This document shows, in pieces, positions 1 to 9,468 of a stretch of DNA of 64,000 nucleotides. How positions within the stretch are numbered: the first letter of the stretch is position 1; the number at the start of each line of letters is the position of its first letter. The notes under the pieces were generated by a model. It worked only from the letters and a program-made list of their open reading frames with translations. It was not told the origin of the DNA and searched no databases. The translations under genes and the position numbers were made by a program. Origin of the DNA: an uncultured Acidobacteriota bacterium (GTDB taxonomy: Bacteria > Acidobacteriota > Vicinamibacteria > Vicinamibacterales > UBA8438); the NCBI GenBank assembly GCA_913043225.1, contig CAJWLU010000005.1:1-64000 (forward strand), written 5' to 3'.

Positions 1-60
1 GTGGTCGTCGTCGTGGTCGTCGTCGTGGTCGTCGTCGTGGTCGTCGTCGTGGTCGTCGTC
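1..60. repeat. Perfect 12-bp tandem repeat (GTGGTCGTCGTC) x5, encoding (DDDH)n on the minus strand
   Basis: Directly visible; may continue beyond the window edge. Confidence 0.97.
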
Positions 61-1119
61 GTGGTGCTCGTCCTCATGCCCATGGTGGCCGTGGAAGTCA
101 CCAGCGAACGGGACACCAAACCTTCCATTATCAAACGAAACGCCGGCGCTAAAGAACGCCCGGTCGCCAAAATAGCCAGCCCCTGCTCTGCCGTGGGTCA
201 AGCTTGAGGCCGAATTCTCAACGGGGCCGAGCGGGGTGTCGTAGTCCGAGGAACGCCGCGCGCCACCACCGGCCCAGAACAGGACGTTCCCCTGCCCGTG
301 CTGCATGCTCGCATTACTACCCGCCTGGCCGTCGGCTGACCCCACGTCAAAGCTGAGTTGCCCGCGCGTGCCCTGGCGGACCGCATTGCGATAGGCCTCC
401 TGCGGTGTGATCGCGTTAACGACCCCTCCCACCGCGTTCGACCCATACAACAACGTCGACGGTCCCCGAATGATCTCCACCCGCTCGAGTGCATTGGGAT
501 CAATCGGCACACCATGATCACCAGACTGACTGCTCAAATCGCCGGTCCGTATGCCGTCTTCCAGAATCAGTACCCGGTCCCCATCGAAGCCGCGAATGAT
601 CGGACGAGCTGACCCTGGACCAAAACTCCGTATGGCCACGCCAGGTTCGTTCTTCAACGCCTCACCCAGCGTTGGAGCGGGATTAGTAATCAACTCAAAC
701 GAGTCCAGCGTGGTGGTGGCGTTAAAGGCCTCGAACACCGTTTCTTGGCCACCCGGAGCCGCGGTAATCGTTAGCTCCTCATGGATAGGCGTCAGTAGGA
801 GCTCAAAGTCGGCCACCGCCGTCTCACCAGCCCCCACCGTGACCGTCTGCCGGTTCGCGGTCAAGTGCTCTCGCTGGGCGAGCAGCTCGTACGTTCCCGG
901 AGTCACGCCGTCAATCTCGAAGCTCCCGTCGTCGTCGGTGAGTGCCTCATACCGAGTCCCCACCACCAGCACCACCGCGCCGTGCACTGGACTGCCGTCA
1001 TCGAACGAGACCTGTCCACGAACAACCGCACCCTCTTGTGCGCTTGCCCCTTCAACCAGTAGGCCCAACAGGACCGCTACACTCAGGGCCCTTCTGGCCC
1101 TTGCAAGATATGCCTTCAT
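1..1119 (-). CDS. TonB-dependent receptor, ZnuD-like, with His/Asp-rich loop (N-terminal part; runs off the left edge)
   Basis: Not in the ORF track; translated by hand from ATG at 1119 (GAGGAG upstream). Signal peptide MKAYLARARRALSVAVLLGLLVEGASAQ, carboxypeptidase-regulatory-like domain, plug motifs SFGPGSARPIIRG, SGDHGVPID and LERVEIIRGPSTLLYGSNAVGGVVN, then FHGHHGHEDEHH(DDDH)n. Confidence 0.9.
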   Translation of the reverse strand, partial: MKAYLARARRALSVAVLLGLLVEGASAQEGAVVRGQVSFDDGSPVHGAVVLVVGTRYEALTDDDGSFEIDGVTPGTYELLAQREHLTANRQTVTVGAGETAVADFELLLTPIHEELTITAAPGGQETVFEAFNATTTLDSFELITNPAPTLGEALKNEPGVAIRSFGPGSARPIIRGFDGDRVLILEDGIRTGDLSSQSGDHGVPIDPNALERVEIIRGPSTLLYGSNAVGGVVNAITPQEAYRNAVRQGTRGQLSFDVGSADGQAGSNASMQHGQGNVLFWAGGGARRSSDYDTPLGPVENSASSLTHGRAGAGYFGDRAFFSAGVSFDNGRFGVPFAGDFHGHHGHEDEHHDDDHDDDHDDDHDDDHDDDH

Positions 1120-1248
1120 CAGTCTTCTCTCCTCAACACGCACGGTAGTACACGGCCACACCCTGCGGCGACCGCGGGCGCACTACGTGCGCGCACGACA
1201 CCAGCGAACCCTGGCGCAGGGTGGGCAACTAAAAGCTCGAGCGTCGTG

Positions 1249-1554
1249 TCAGGAGAGAGGTGGAGCGCGGGCAGGAACGGCAAACCGGCCTTGTTCAACC
1301 AACCGGGTCCGGAGAAATTCGCCTACCGATGACGTGCCCTCGGGTCGAGCGATGGTCGGTGCGACCGCCATGTTGGCGACCGGTTGATGCCTCAGCTGGC
1401 AGACGGCGCAGTCCTGGTCTGCCTCGTGTCCAACGTGCCAGACACCTGAGCCCGAAGCAAAACTGAGTGCCGCGATCAGAATCGCGGCGCTCAGTGGGCG
1501 CCAGACCAGGGCTCGCCACTGCGAGCTGGCAGGTCCGTTGCAGCGTGAATACAT
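1249..1554 (-). CDS. DUF2946/CruR-like leader peptide with CxxC and C-terminal RAPP motif
   Basis: Hydrophobic N-terminal segment, HVGHEADQDCAVC, ends ARAPPLS; lies about 130 nt upstream of the TBDR gene. Confidence 0.8.
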   Translation of the reverse strand: MYSRCNGPASSQWRALVWRPLSAAILIAALSFASGSGVWHVGHEADQDCAVCQLRHQPVANMAVAPTIARPEGTSSVGEFLRTRLVEQGRFAVPARAPPLS

Positions 1555-1608
1555 CAGTTTCAGGCTATCATGGCACCAGGGAGGGCGTAAAGGCGAGCGC
1601 CCTCCCTC

Positions 1609-2616
1609 CTACTGCTGGGGCGGCTGCAGCAGGATGGGGTGGGCCGGAGTGCTCCGTACCGACACGCCGCGCCGGGTCACGCTGACCTCGATCTGCTCGG
1701 GTGGGACGAGCACGGCCGGACGTGCATAGACGACGAAGTACTGATTGCTGATCTCATCACCGATACGATTCAACAGTTCCGCCAACGCTGAAGTCGCGCC
1801 GAGCTCTTCGCGGCCGCCGCCAGTCACCCGCGGCAGCTCTGCGAGCAGCGAGGCGCGGTCGCGGTCGCCGGCCGTGTCCTGCGACAGCCCCCGGGTACCG
1901 GGGTCGCCACCCAACCCATCGGCCAGGCTGGCCATACCGGCCCCCCGCACGACGAGGGTGTGCACCGCCACCTTCGTGTCACGCAGGATCTCCAGCACGC
2001 GGTCGTAGGCCATGCCCTGGCCGCCTCGCGGCGACACCACCGCGTCTCCCTGCCTGAAGCGACGGATACGCGCCATCGTGGCGGCGGTTCCCTCCGAGGT
2101 CACCAGTACGATGATTGGACGTACCGCGCCCCGGTCCCACATATCGATAGCAGTCTCAGCCAGCGCATTGGGCAGATACCAGCTGGTCTCGGAGAACTGG
2201 GCGAACTCCCCCACCACACGTTTCAGTTCGTTCTTGTCCCGGGTGAAGTCGATGAGTGTGCGCAGCTGATCTCCGAACGCCACGACGGTACTCATCTGCG
2301 CGTCAGGCAGGGAGTCGATCAGTTCTTCCAGCCCGCGTCGGAGATGTCCCAGATTGCTCGTAACACCGTAGCTATCGTCCACCAGCACGGCCACCTGGAC
2401 CGGCACCTGGGCCCGATTCACCGAGAGCACCTCCCGCGACTCACCTTCTTCCCTAACCCGAAACTCGAAAGCCTCCAGATCCAGCACCGGCCGGCCATCG
2501 TCCACGGCGCTCACGAACACGGCCTGTGGCGTCGCTTGCGCCAACGCCGACACCGGGACAAGCAAGACCACGAGCGCGAGCCCCGCCCTCCAGACCGCCG
2601 CTTTTCGCAGAGTCAT
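1609..2616 (-). CDS. Secreted VWA-domain protein (acidobacterial VWFA-related type)
   Basis: Start moved to MTLRKAAVW with signal peptide ending ALA-Q; VAVLVDDSYG degenerate MIDAS; C-terminal NQYFVVY. Confidence 0.75.
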   Translation of the reverse strand: MTLRKAAVWRAGLALVVLLVPVSALAQATPQAVFVSAVDDGRPVLDLEAFEFRVREEGESREVLSVNRAQVPVQVAVLVDDSYGVTSNLGHLRRGLEELIDSLPDAQMSTVVAFGDQLRTLIDFTRDKNELKRVVGEFAQFSETSWYLPNALAETAIDMWDRGAVRPIIVLVTSEGTAATMARIRRFRQGDAVVSPRGGQGMAYDRVLEILRDTKVAVHTLVVRGAGMASLADGLGGDPGTRGLSQDTAGDRDRASLLAELPRVTGGGREELGATSALAELLNRIGDEISNQYFVVYARPAVLVPPEQIEVSVTRRGVSVRSTPAHPILLQPPQQ

Positions 2617-2639
2617 CGCGTCCTCGTCGTGGAGACGAC

Positions 2640-3266
2640 TCAATCCACTAGCCCGCCGAACCCGAGGTAGTAGACCAGAACAAAAAGAATCGGATCCGTT
2701 TCGACCAGTTCCAACGGATCCAGCGAGCCGGCGGATTCGAGCCGCTGCTCCACCTGGATAGCACTCGATTGCCGCTGGTAGGTGCCACCATCTCGGTTCG
2801 CCAACTCCACCTTGTTTCCGAGCTTGATCCACCCCTCCTCTGCAGACAACTGCCCGACATGGTGGACATGGCCAAACTCGTGACCGGGATGACTCACCTG
2901 CCGGGTCTCAACCGTACCGTCGCCGGACCGAGAGAGGACGAACCGGACTCGGCCTGTCTGCGGCGAGATGACAATAACTTCGACCCCATCCTCTCCTCGA
3001 GCGCTGGTTTCCGTCTCGCTGACAAACATGTCAGCGAACCAGCCAGATCATTGCTCCCCCACCCGCTTGAGCTCGACCAGACTCCGCCCACCGCCCTGAT
3101 ACACGTAGCTATCGACGTGTCCAGAAAGTGCGTTCCCACTCAGTTCGAGGCTGAAGATCGAGCGTGTCGGCGCCACCATTGAGAAGAACGCGGTCCCGTC
3201 AGGCCCTTGGGCCCCGACGCCGCCGGCCGTCACAACGACGAAAACACCCGCAAGCCATACACGCAT
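2640..3266 (-). CDS. Secreted hypothetical protein interrupted by in-frame TGA at 3048-3050 (selenoprotein candidate or nonsense allele)
   Basis: Track ORFs 3048..3287 and 2640..3029 share a frame and are separated by one TGA (EQ*SGWFADMF). ATG 3266 has GAGGA upstream and starts a signal peptide. His-rich SHPGHEFGHVHH in the C-terminal part. Confidence 0.6.
3003..3043 (-). promoter_or_regulatory. SECIS-like stem-loop directly 3' of the in-frame UGA
   Basis: mRNA UGA-UCUG-GCUGGU-UCGCUGACA-UGUU-UGUCAGCGA-GACGGAA-ACCAGC: perfect 9-bp upper stem, UGUU loop 19 nt after the UGA, 6-bp lower stem. Confidence 0.45.
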
Positions 3267-3289
3267 ATCGTTCCTCACGGCCTTCACCG

Positions 3290-4396
3290 CTACTTCCCAC
3301 TCAACTCTGACGGGCGGTGCGGCACGTAGCGAACTAGGCGGCGCCGCGCCACCTCGCCAGCGTAGATGTTCCCGTCAAAGTCGACGCCCAGGAACTCGAT
3401 GCCGGCGCCGACGTCCTCATCGTGCTGGGGAATGAAGTGGGTCACCCAGGCCTGATCGGTCTTCAGATCGCCGATCCGGATTCCCTTCTCCCAGCCCAAA
3501 TTGCTCCGCCAGTTGTCGGGCGGGCCGGTCCGTACCATGCCCGAGAGCCCGTCTCCGGCGTAGAGGATGTCGTCTCTATCAATGAACAACCCGCTGGGCT
3601 TACCGTAGTGCGTCCAGATGTAGAGCAGCTCGCCATCATCGTCGAACACCTGAATCCGACTATTGCCCCGGTCGGCGACGTAGACCCGACCTTGCGAGTC
3701 CATCTTGATGTCATGGGGGTCGCTGAAGCGAGCCGCTTCCTTGCTCTCGCTACCGACACCGCCGCCGATCGCCAATAGAAAGTTACCGTCCCGGTCGAAC
3801 TTGACGATCCGGTTGTTCCCTCCCCGGTGCCCATCGGACACCCAGATATCGCCGTTTCGTCCGACGACCACGCCCGACGGGCCGTTAAAGTGCGACTCGT
3901 CATCGCCCCAGACGCCCGCTTCGCCCAGGCGCATGACCACGTCGCCCTGCTGGTTGAGCTTCAGCACCTGATGACCGATCCCCATGCGCTCGCCGAGCGT
4001 GGCGCGGGCGTCGCCGTGCGAACCCCCTTCGGTCACCCAGAGGAACCCTTCGTGATCCAGGAAGAAACCGTGCGGGAACGCAAACAGCCTTGCGCCAAAG
4101 CTGTCGACCAGGTTCCCCGCGAGGTCAAACTTCATGATCGGATCGAGATCGGTGCCAGCGCACTGGTTCGCACCACACCGGTCCAGGATCCACAGATGCC
4201 GGCCATCGGGATCCGGGAATACGCCGCTAACCGTCCCCATGACCTGGCCCTCCGGTAGCTGTTCCCACCCAAAGGTGGCGCGATATGGGTTGGTCGTAGA
4301 CGACTGCGCCAACGCACCGGAAGCCACCAGCACGATCAGACACAGCCCCACTGCTCGACCCGCCTTCCAGGCGCATCTCTCACGTCGCCTACTCAT
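3290..4396 (-). CDS. NHL-repeat beta-propeller, peptidyl-alpha-hydroxyglycine alpha-amidating lyase-like
   Basis: FAFPHG, FNGPSGV, FSDPHDI and [18 protein letters not shown] motifs; signal peptide. Confidence 0.8.
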   Translation of the reverse strand: MSRRRERCAWKAGRAVGLCLIVLVASGALAQSSTTNPYRATFGWEQLPEGQVMGTVSGVFPDPDGRHLWILDRCGANQCAGTDLDPIMKFDLAGNLVDSFGARLFAFPHGFFLDHEGFLWVTEGGSHGDARATLGERMGIGHQVLKLNQQGDVVMRLGEAGVWGDDESHFNGPSGVVVGRNGDIWVSDGHRGGNNRIVKFDRDGNFLLAIGGGVGSESKEAARFSDPHDIKMDSQGRVYVADRGNSRIQVFDDDGELLYIWTHYGKPSGLFIDRDDILYAGDGLSGMVRTGPPDNWRSNLGWEKGIRIGDLKTDQAWVTHFIPQHDEDVGAGIEFLGVDFDGNIYAGEVARRRLVRYVPHRPSELSGK

Positions 4397-6065
4397 CGCT
4401 CGTCCTCCCGGGTTCGGCCTGCCGTCTAGACACGACTTTCCCGCCGAGGGCACCGTCCGCCACCCGAGCACGCAACGTTTTCTTGTCGAACTTGCCAACA
4501 CTCGTCTTGGGCAACTCGTCGACGAACAACACCCGGTCTGGCACCTCGAACTTCGCGAACTGATCCAGCAACGCCGACCTCAGCGCCAACTCGGTTACCG
4601 CCCCGTCCGGCACCCGGACGACGACGGCAAGCGGCCGCTCAGACCAGCGCTCGTCTGGCACCGCGATGACAGCCGCTTCGAGCACGCCCTCGTGCGCCAT
4701 AAGCGCGCCTTCAAGCGCCACCGTCGAAATCCATTCCCCGCCGCTCTTGACCAGGTCCTTCGTCCGGTCGGTGATCGTCATGTAGCCATCGGCCGTGATC
4801 GTCGCCACGTCCCCAGTGCGGAACCAGCCGTCGTCCGTGAAATGCTCCTCGGTCGGGTCTCGCTGGTAGTAACTACGAATCACCCACGGCCCCCGCGCCT
4901 GCAGCTCACCCATGGCCTCGCCGTCCCAGGGCAGTTCCGCGCCGTCCTCCCCGACGATCCGGAGTTCCACGCCACCCAACGCATAGCCCTGCCTCGCCTT
5001 GACGTCCCACTGAGCAGCCTGCGGCAACGCGAGATGGGCAGCACGTAGAGAAGACACCGTACCAAGCGGCGACAACTCGGTCATCCCCCACGCGTGCACC
5101 ACGTTCACCCCGAGGTCCCGCTCGTAGCCCTCGATCAAGGAACGCGGCATGGCCGAGCCTCCGACCACCAGCGACCGAATGCAGGACACGTCGCGCCCCG
5201 ACCCACGGAGCTCGTGATACAACCCGTTCCATATACTCGGCACACCGGCGGCCACCGTCACCTGATACCGCTCAATCAGCTCGGCCAGCGCCTCCGGCTG
5301 AAGATTGGCGCCGGGCATGACGAGCTCCGATCCGGCGAGCGCGCAGGCATACGGCAGTCCCCACGCCATGGCGTGGAACTGGGGCACGACCGGCAGCACG
5401 ACATCTCGCTCGGTCAATCCCAGCGCCGTCCCCTGATTGGCGCCCATCGTGTGCAAGAACATCGACCGGTGGCTGTAGAGCGCGCCCTTCGGATCGCCGG
5501 TCGTCCCGCTCGTGTAGCAAAGGCCGGCTGCCGTTCCTTCGTCGGTCGACCGCCAATCGAAAGCGCTCCCCTCGGCACCAAGCAGGAGCTCTTCGTAATG
5601 AATTACGCCCACCAGATCTGGTCGCAGATCTGGCGGGGCATTAACCAGCACATGGTGTCGCACGCCCTCTGTCCGATCCGCCACCTTCTCGTAGAGAGGG
5701 AGCACAGACGCATCGATGAAGACGACCTGATCGTCGGCGTGATTGATGATGTAGGCCAGCTGGTCAGGAAACAGACGAATATTCAAGGTGTGGCATACGG
5801 CCCCCGCGCCGGGGATGCCAAAATACATCTCCAGGTGTTGGTGGTGATTCCACGCAAACGTACCCACCCGGTCGCCCGGCTCCACGCCTAGGCCGACCAG
5901 CGCCGCTGACAACCGACGACTCCGCTCGAGCAGATCCGCATACGTGGACTCGTGCATCGACCCGTCCGGCTGCTTAGTTCGAATGGCCCGGTCGGGGTAT
6001 AACCGTCCCGCATGCTCGACGATGCGGTCGAGCGTCAGCGGGTAATCCATCATCAAGCCACGCAT
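4389..6065 (-). CDS. Fatty-acid/acyl-CoA ligase (AlkK/DmdB-like AMP-binding enzyme)
   Basis: [49 protein letters not shown]. Confidence 0.92.
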   Translation of the reverse strand: MRGLMMDYPLTLDRIVEHAGRLYPDRAIRTKQPDGSMHESTYADLLERSRRLSAALVGLGVEPGDRVGTFAWNHHQHLEMYFGIPGAGAVCHTLNIRLFPDQLAYIINHADDQVVFIDASVLPLYEKVADRTEGVRHHVLVNAPPDLRPDLVGVIHYEELLLGAEGSAFDWRSTDEGTAAGLCYTSGTTGDPKGALYSHRSMFLHTMGANQGTALGLTERDVVLPVVPQFHAMAWGLPYACALAGSELVMPGANLQPEALAELIERYQVTVAAGVPSIWNGLYHELRGSGRDVSCIRSLVVGGSAMPRSLIEGYERDLGVNVVHAWGMTELSPLGTVSSLRAAHLALPQAAQWDVKARQGYALGGVELRIVGEDGAELPWDGEAMGELQARGPWVIRSYYQRDPTEEHFTDDGWFRTGDVATITADGYMTITDRTKDLVKSGGEWISTVALEGALMAHEGVLEAAVIAVPDERWSERPLAVVVRVPDGAVTELALRSALLDQFAKFEVPDRVLFVDELPKTSVGKFDKKTLRARVADGALGGKVVSRRQAEPGRTSDE

Positions 6066-6099
6066 CGGTACTCCTGTCTGGAGGCGACGAGCGCCCGGC

Positions 6100-8130
6100 T
6101 CACTGCGTCAGCCGCAGTGCCGCGAGCGAACCAGGGAGACCAGGGCCAGCGACCTGGACCACGATGTACTCCAAGCCGTCGTGGAAGTACCCCATCATCC
6201 CGTATTGACCCGAGGCCGGCAGGTCGACGGTGCCCACCCGATCCCCTGAGGCTTTGTCCAGGGCGTGGAGCAGCGGCCGCCCACCGGTGCCTTCGGCCGA
6301 CACAAGCAGATTGGCAGTCGCCATCACGATCGGATGTGACGTGCGCCCGGTATTGGGCAGATCGATGCCGCTCAACGCCGGGTGGTCCCGGATGTGATCC
6401 GGCGTGTCCCCGTTGGGTACCGCCCAGAGGTGCTCGCCGGTATTCATGTCGATCGCGACAATCCGGCTGTAGGGCGGCTTAAAGATCGGCAGCCCCTGCG
6501 GCCCACGGAAGTCGCCCCGATTGATGACCGCATACTGCACAATCGTGGTGCCGGTGGTCATAATGTCGTCGGGCGCATCGATCAGCTCACCCGGCACAAT
6601 GTTCTCTGACCGACACCCCCGAAGCGTCGGCACGAAGATCACGCCCGCCTTAGGATCAGCGGCCGGCGGGCCGAAGATGTTCGACGCGCCGCTTGGACAA
6701 CTGACGAACGACCGCAGCCCCGAGGGATGTCCGTTCTGAATCGGAGGATTGAAGATCGGCCCCAACCGATAACGCTGAACGATCTCGAGTGCCTCGGCCC
6801 GCAACTCCGGGGTGAAATCGATCAGGTCGCCCTCGGTGAGCCCCTGCATCTCGAACGCCGGCGGTCTGGTCGGGAAAGGCTGCGTAAGTGACAGCTGCTC
6901 GCCAGGCACCTCCGACACCGGCACGGCACGTTCCTCAATCGGCCAGATCGGCTCCCCGCTGCCGCGGTCGAACGTGAACGCCCACCCCTGCTTGGTGGTC
7001 TGCACGAGGATCGGCCGCTCGTGTCCGTCAACGCTCACGTCAAGCAACATGGGCGCCGTCGGGTTGTCGAAGTTCCAGATGTCATGATGGACGGTCTGGA
7101 AATGCCACCGCCGCTCACCGGTCGCCACGTCCAGCGCAATCACGCTGGTGCCAAACAACCCGTCCCCAGGGCGGAAGCCCCCGTAGAAGTCGATTGTGGG
7201 TGGGTTCGTGGGAATGAAGACCAGCCCGCGCGCCGGGTCGGCCGACATCGGCGCCCAAGACGACACGTCGCCCGTCCATTGCCAGGCGTCGTTCTCCCAG
7301 GTCTCGTGGCCAAACTCGCCAGGACGCGGAATGACGTGAAACTTCCAGAGGTGCTCGCCAGACCGAGCGTCGTAGCCAAGGATGTCGCCAGGCACGTTCT
7401 CGATTCGCGTCTGGTTGTAGCCCTGCTCGGCGGAATTGCCCACCACGACCACGCCGTTGACCACGATCGGCGGCGAAGAGCTCGTGATATGACCTAGTTC
7501 CCGTGGAATACCGAAGTCGGCGTCATAAGGACCATCCCAGCTCTGCCAGGGTCCCCAGTCGCCGATCAGATCTGGCAGCAGGTCGATCACGCCGGTCGAC
7601 GGGAATCCAGGCAGGTCGACCCGGGCACCCCACTCCTCGAGCGGGACCCCGGTCTTCGCGTCGAGCGCGTGCAGGAAGAACGCCGGGCTCACGACGTAAA
7701 TCACACCCCGCCCGTCGATCTCCGCATAAGCCAGCCCTTTGCCATAGCCGTTACGCATGCCACGGTCGAACCGCGTCGTGTGCGGCTCACGGTAGGTCCA
7801 CAGCGTCTCGCCCGACGCCGGGTCGATCGCCACCACCGTTCGTCGCTCCCCCGCCACGGTGTATAGCACTCCGTCCACATACAAGGGGGTAGAGCGAGAC
7901 ACGCCGAGCGTGCCTGCGCCGAAGTTATCTCCGCGCCAGACCCAGGCCACCTCGAGATCTTCGAAGTTCTCCGCCGTGAGCTGGTCGAGGTCCGAGTACC
8001 GGGTGTGGCCGGCATCACCGCCGTGATAACGCCACTCCCCGGTCTGTGCAAACGTCTGCGTCTGGGCCAATACCAGCGTCGTCATCAGGACAGTCACTGC
8101 CGTAGCGTGAACAGGTGTGCTCATGGACAT
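6100..8130 (-). CDS. Secreted PQQ-dependent dehydrogenase (quinoprotein glucose dehydrogenase-like)
   Basis: Signal peptide, [49 protein letters not shown]. Confidence 0.85.
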   Translation of the reverse strand: MSMSTPVHATAVTVLMTTLVLAQTQTFAQTGEWRYHGGDAGHTRYSDLDQLTAENFEDLEVAWVWRGDNFGAGTLGVSRSTPLYVDGVLYTVAGERRTVVAIDPASGETLWTYREPHTTRFDRGMRNGYGKGLAYAEIDGRGVIYVVSPAFFLHALDAKTGVPLEEWGARVDLPGFPSTGVIDLLPDLIGDWGPWQSWDGPYDADFGIPRELGHITSSSPPIVVNGVVVVGNSAEQGYNQTRIENVPGDILGYDARSGEHLWKFHVIPRPGEFGHETWENDAWQWTGDVSSWAPMSADPARGLVFIPTNPPTIDFYGGFRPGDGLFGTSVIALDVATGERRWHFQTVHHDIWNFDNPTAPMLLDVSVDGHERPILVQTTKQGWAFTFDRGSGEPIWPIEERAVPVSEVPGEQLSLTQPFPTRPPAFEMQGLTEGDLIDFTPELRAEALEIVQRYRLGPIFNPPIQNGHPSGLRSFVSCPSGASNIFGPPAADPKAGVIFVPTLRGCRSENIVPGELIDAPDDIMTTGTTIVQYAVINRGDFRGPQGLPIFKPPYSRIVAIDMNTGEHLWAVPNGDTPDHIRDHPALSGIDLPNTGRTSHPIVMATANLLVSAEGTGGRPLLHALDKASGDRVGTVDLPASGQYGMMGYFHDGLEYIVVQVAGPGLPGSLAALRLTQ

Positions 8131-8140
8131 CGATTCCCGC

Positions 8141-8575
8141 CTACTCTGGATCCACGATCGTGATCGTCTTCAGACTACCGACATCCCCTCGCAGCGTCGA
8201 TTCGCCCGCCGGATACCCGTTGAGCCGAAGCAAAAACGCCACCACCGCCGCGTAGGCATCGGGGGCGAGGCTGCCGGGACTCCCCTGCGGCATGGTGGTC
8301 GAGATAACCTCGAACAGTTCCCCCACTGTTTGGCCGCTCCAGCGAATGGTGAACCGGATCCCCGAAAACTCTCGTATCTCGTGGCACCCCTGGCAACTGC
8401 CCCTGAAGAACCTCTCCCCCTCGCCCGCCTGGGCAGACGAGAACACCCCCTCGAGAGTAGTCAGGCCTAACGCGTGAGCTGGCGGCACCGCAGCATTGAC
8501 CGCTCGCTGGGGCGAGATCGCACATCCGACGAGCATCGGGAGGGCGACCATCACCATCCTGACCAAGCGGCTCAT
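8141..8575 (-). CDS. Monoheme cytochrome c lipoprotein
   Basis: Lipobox-like LVGC, CQGCH heme motif, TTMPQG likely axial Met; directly upstream of the PQQ dehydrogenase. Confidence 0.85.
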   Translation of the reverse strand: MSRLVRMVMVALPMLVGCAISPQRAVNAAVPPAHALGLTTLEGVFSSAQAGEGERFFRGSCQGCHEIREFSGIRFTIRWSGQTVGELFEVISTTMPQGSPGSLAPDAYAAVVAFLLRLNGYPAGESTLRGDVGSLKTITIVDPE

Positions 8576-9432
8576 ACCTGTCCTCGACTGGCATTGAGCA
8601 CGACGATCTCAGTGTGCCTGCTGGCGTACCGCTCGGACAACGTATCGAGTTCAGCGAGCGGCTCAGATGGAATCTTGTGCCGGACGTCGCCACCCATATC
8701 GGCGAAGTGTGTGTAGTGACGCGCCAGCGTCCCGATGAGCCCCGCTACTCCTCCGCTCTTCCGCAGCCGTTTCGGCCAAAACTCCAGGCAGAGCGGCACA
8801 CGGGCCGCACACACGCCGGCCGCCCCCTCGAGCACGCGACCCTCATGACCCTGAGTGTCCATCCATACCAGCCCGACTCGCTCCGGCTGGACCTGCGCCT
8901 CCTCAAGCACCCGATCGAGCGTCACCGCCGGCACCTCACGCATGGCGTCTGGCGCAATCTTCTCCGATGGCCGTTCCAGCACCCGATGGGCGCCCGGGTT
9001 CTTCTCGCTCAGTCGCACCATGAGTGTGCCGTTCGCTCGGCTCGCCGCGGCGTGCACCAGAGTTAGCCGGCTCTCAAGACCGTTGTGCCTGCGGTTCAGC
9101 TCAAGCAGTTGGAAGTTCTCGTCGACCGGCTCCACAGCAATGCCTGCCGTAAACGAGAACTGCGTCAACGCCGTGATACAAGTCGTACCGATGTTCGCTC
9201 CCACGTCGACGAAATGCTTCCCTCGCGCGTCCGGGTCATGTCGCGCGATGTGACTGACCACGCGCACCAGCAACGATCGTTCGTAGTAGCCCCGCTCGCG
9301 TAGCGCTCGGCCGATGTTCTGGTCGTCGTGGTGGTAGTAGAACGAGCAGTACTCGCCTTGCGCGAATCCAAGCCCGTCCCGCCGCGCCAAATCCTCCGGT
9401 CCCGTATCGCCCTTCTGGACTGATGCACACAT
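8572..9432 (-). CDS. FkbM-family methyltransferase
   Basis: FVDVGANIG, AVEP, VTLD, WMDTQGHEGRVLEG. Confidence 0.85.
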   Translation of the reverse strand: MCASVQKGDTGPEDLARRDGLGFAQGEYCSFYYHHDDQNIGRALRERGYYERSLLVRVVSHIARHDPDARGKHFVDVGANIGTTCITALTQFSFTAGIAVEPVDENFQLLELNRRHNGLESRLTLVHAAASRANGTLMVRLSEKNPGAHRVLERPSEKIAPDAMREVPAVTLDRVLEEAQVQPERVGLVWMDTQGHEGRVLEGAAGVCAARVPLCLEFWPKRLRKSGGVAGLIGTLARHYTHFADMGGDVRHKIPSEPLAELDTLSERYASRHTEIVVLNASRGQV

Positions 9433-9468
9433 TGGCCGACCACACTAGCGGAGCAGCACCAGGGAAAG

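Noticed and set aside
1..60. Possible CRISPR array
   Set aside because: The 12-bp units have no spacers, lie in a coding frame, and there are no cas genes.
1..207. Poly-Val ORF on the + strand
   Set aside because: It is the antisense reading of the (HDDD)n repeat in the minus-strand TonB-dependent receptor.
3030..3050. Frameshift between the two small ORFs
   Set aside because: Both ORFs are in the same frame (18 nt apart), so the break is a single stop codon.
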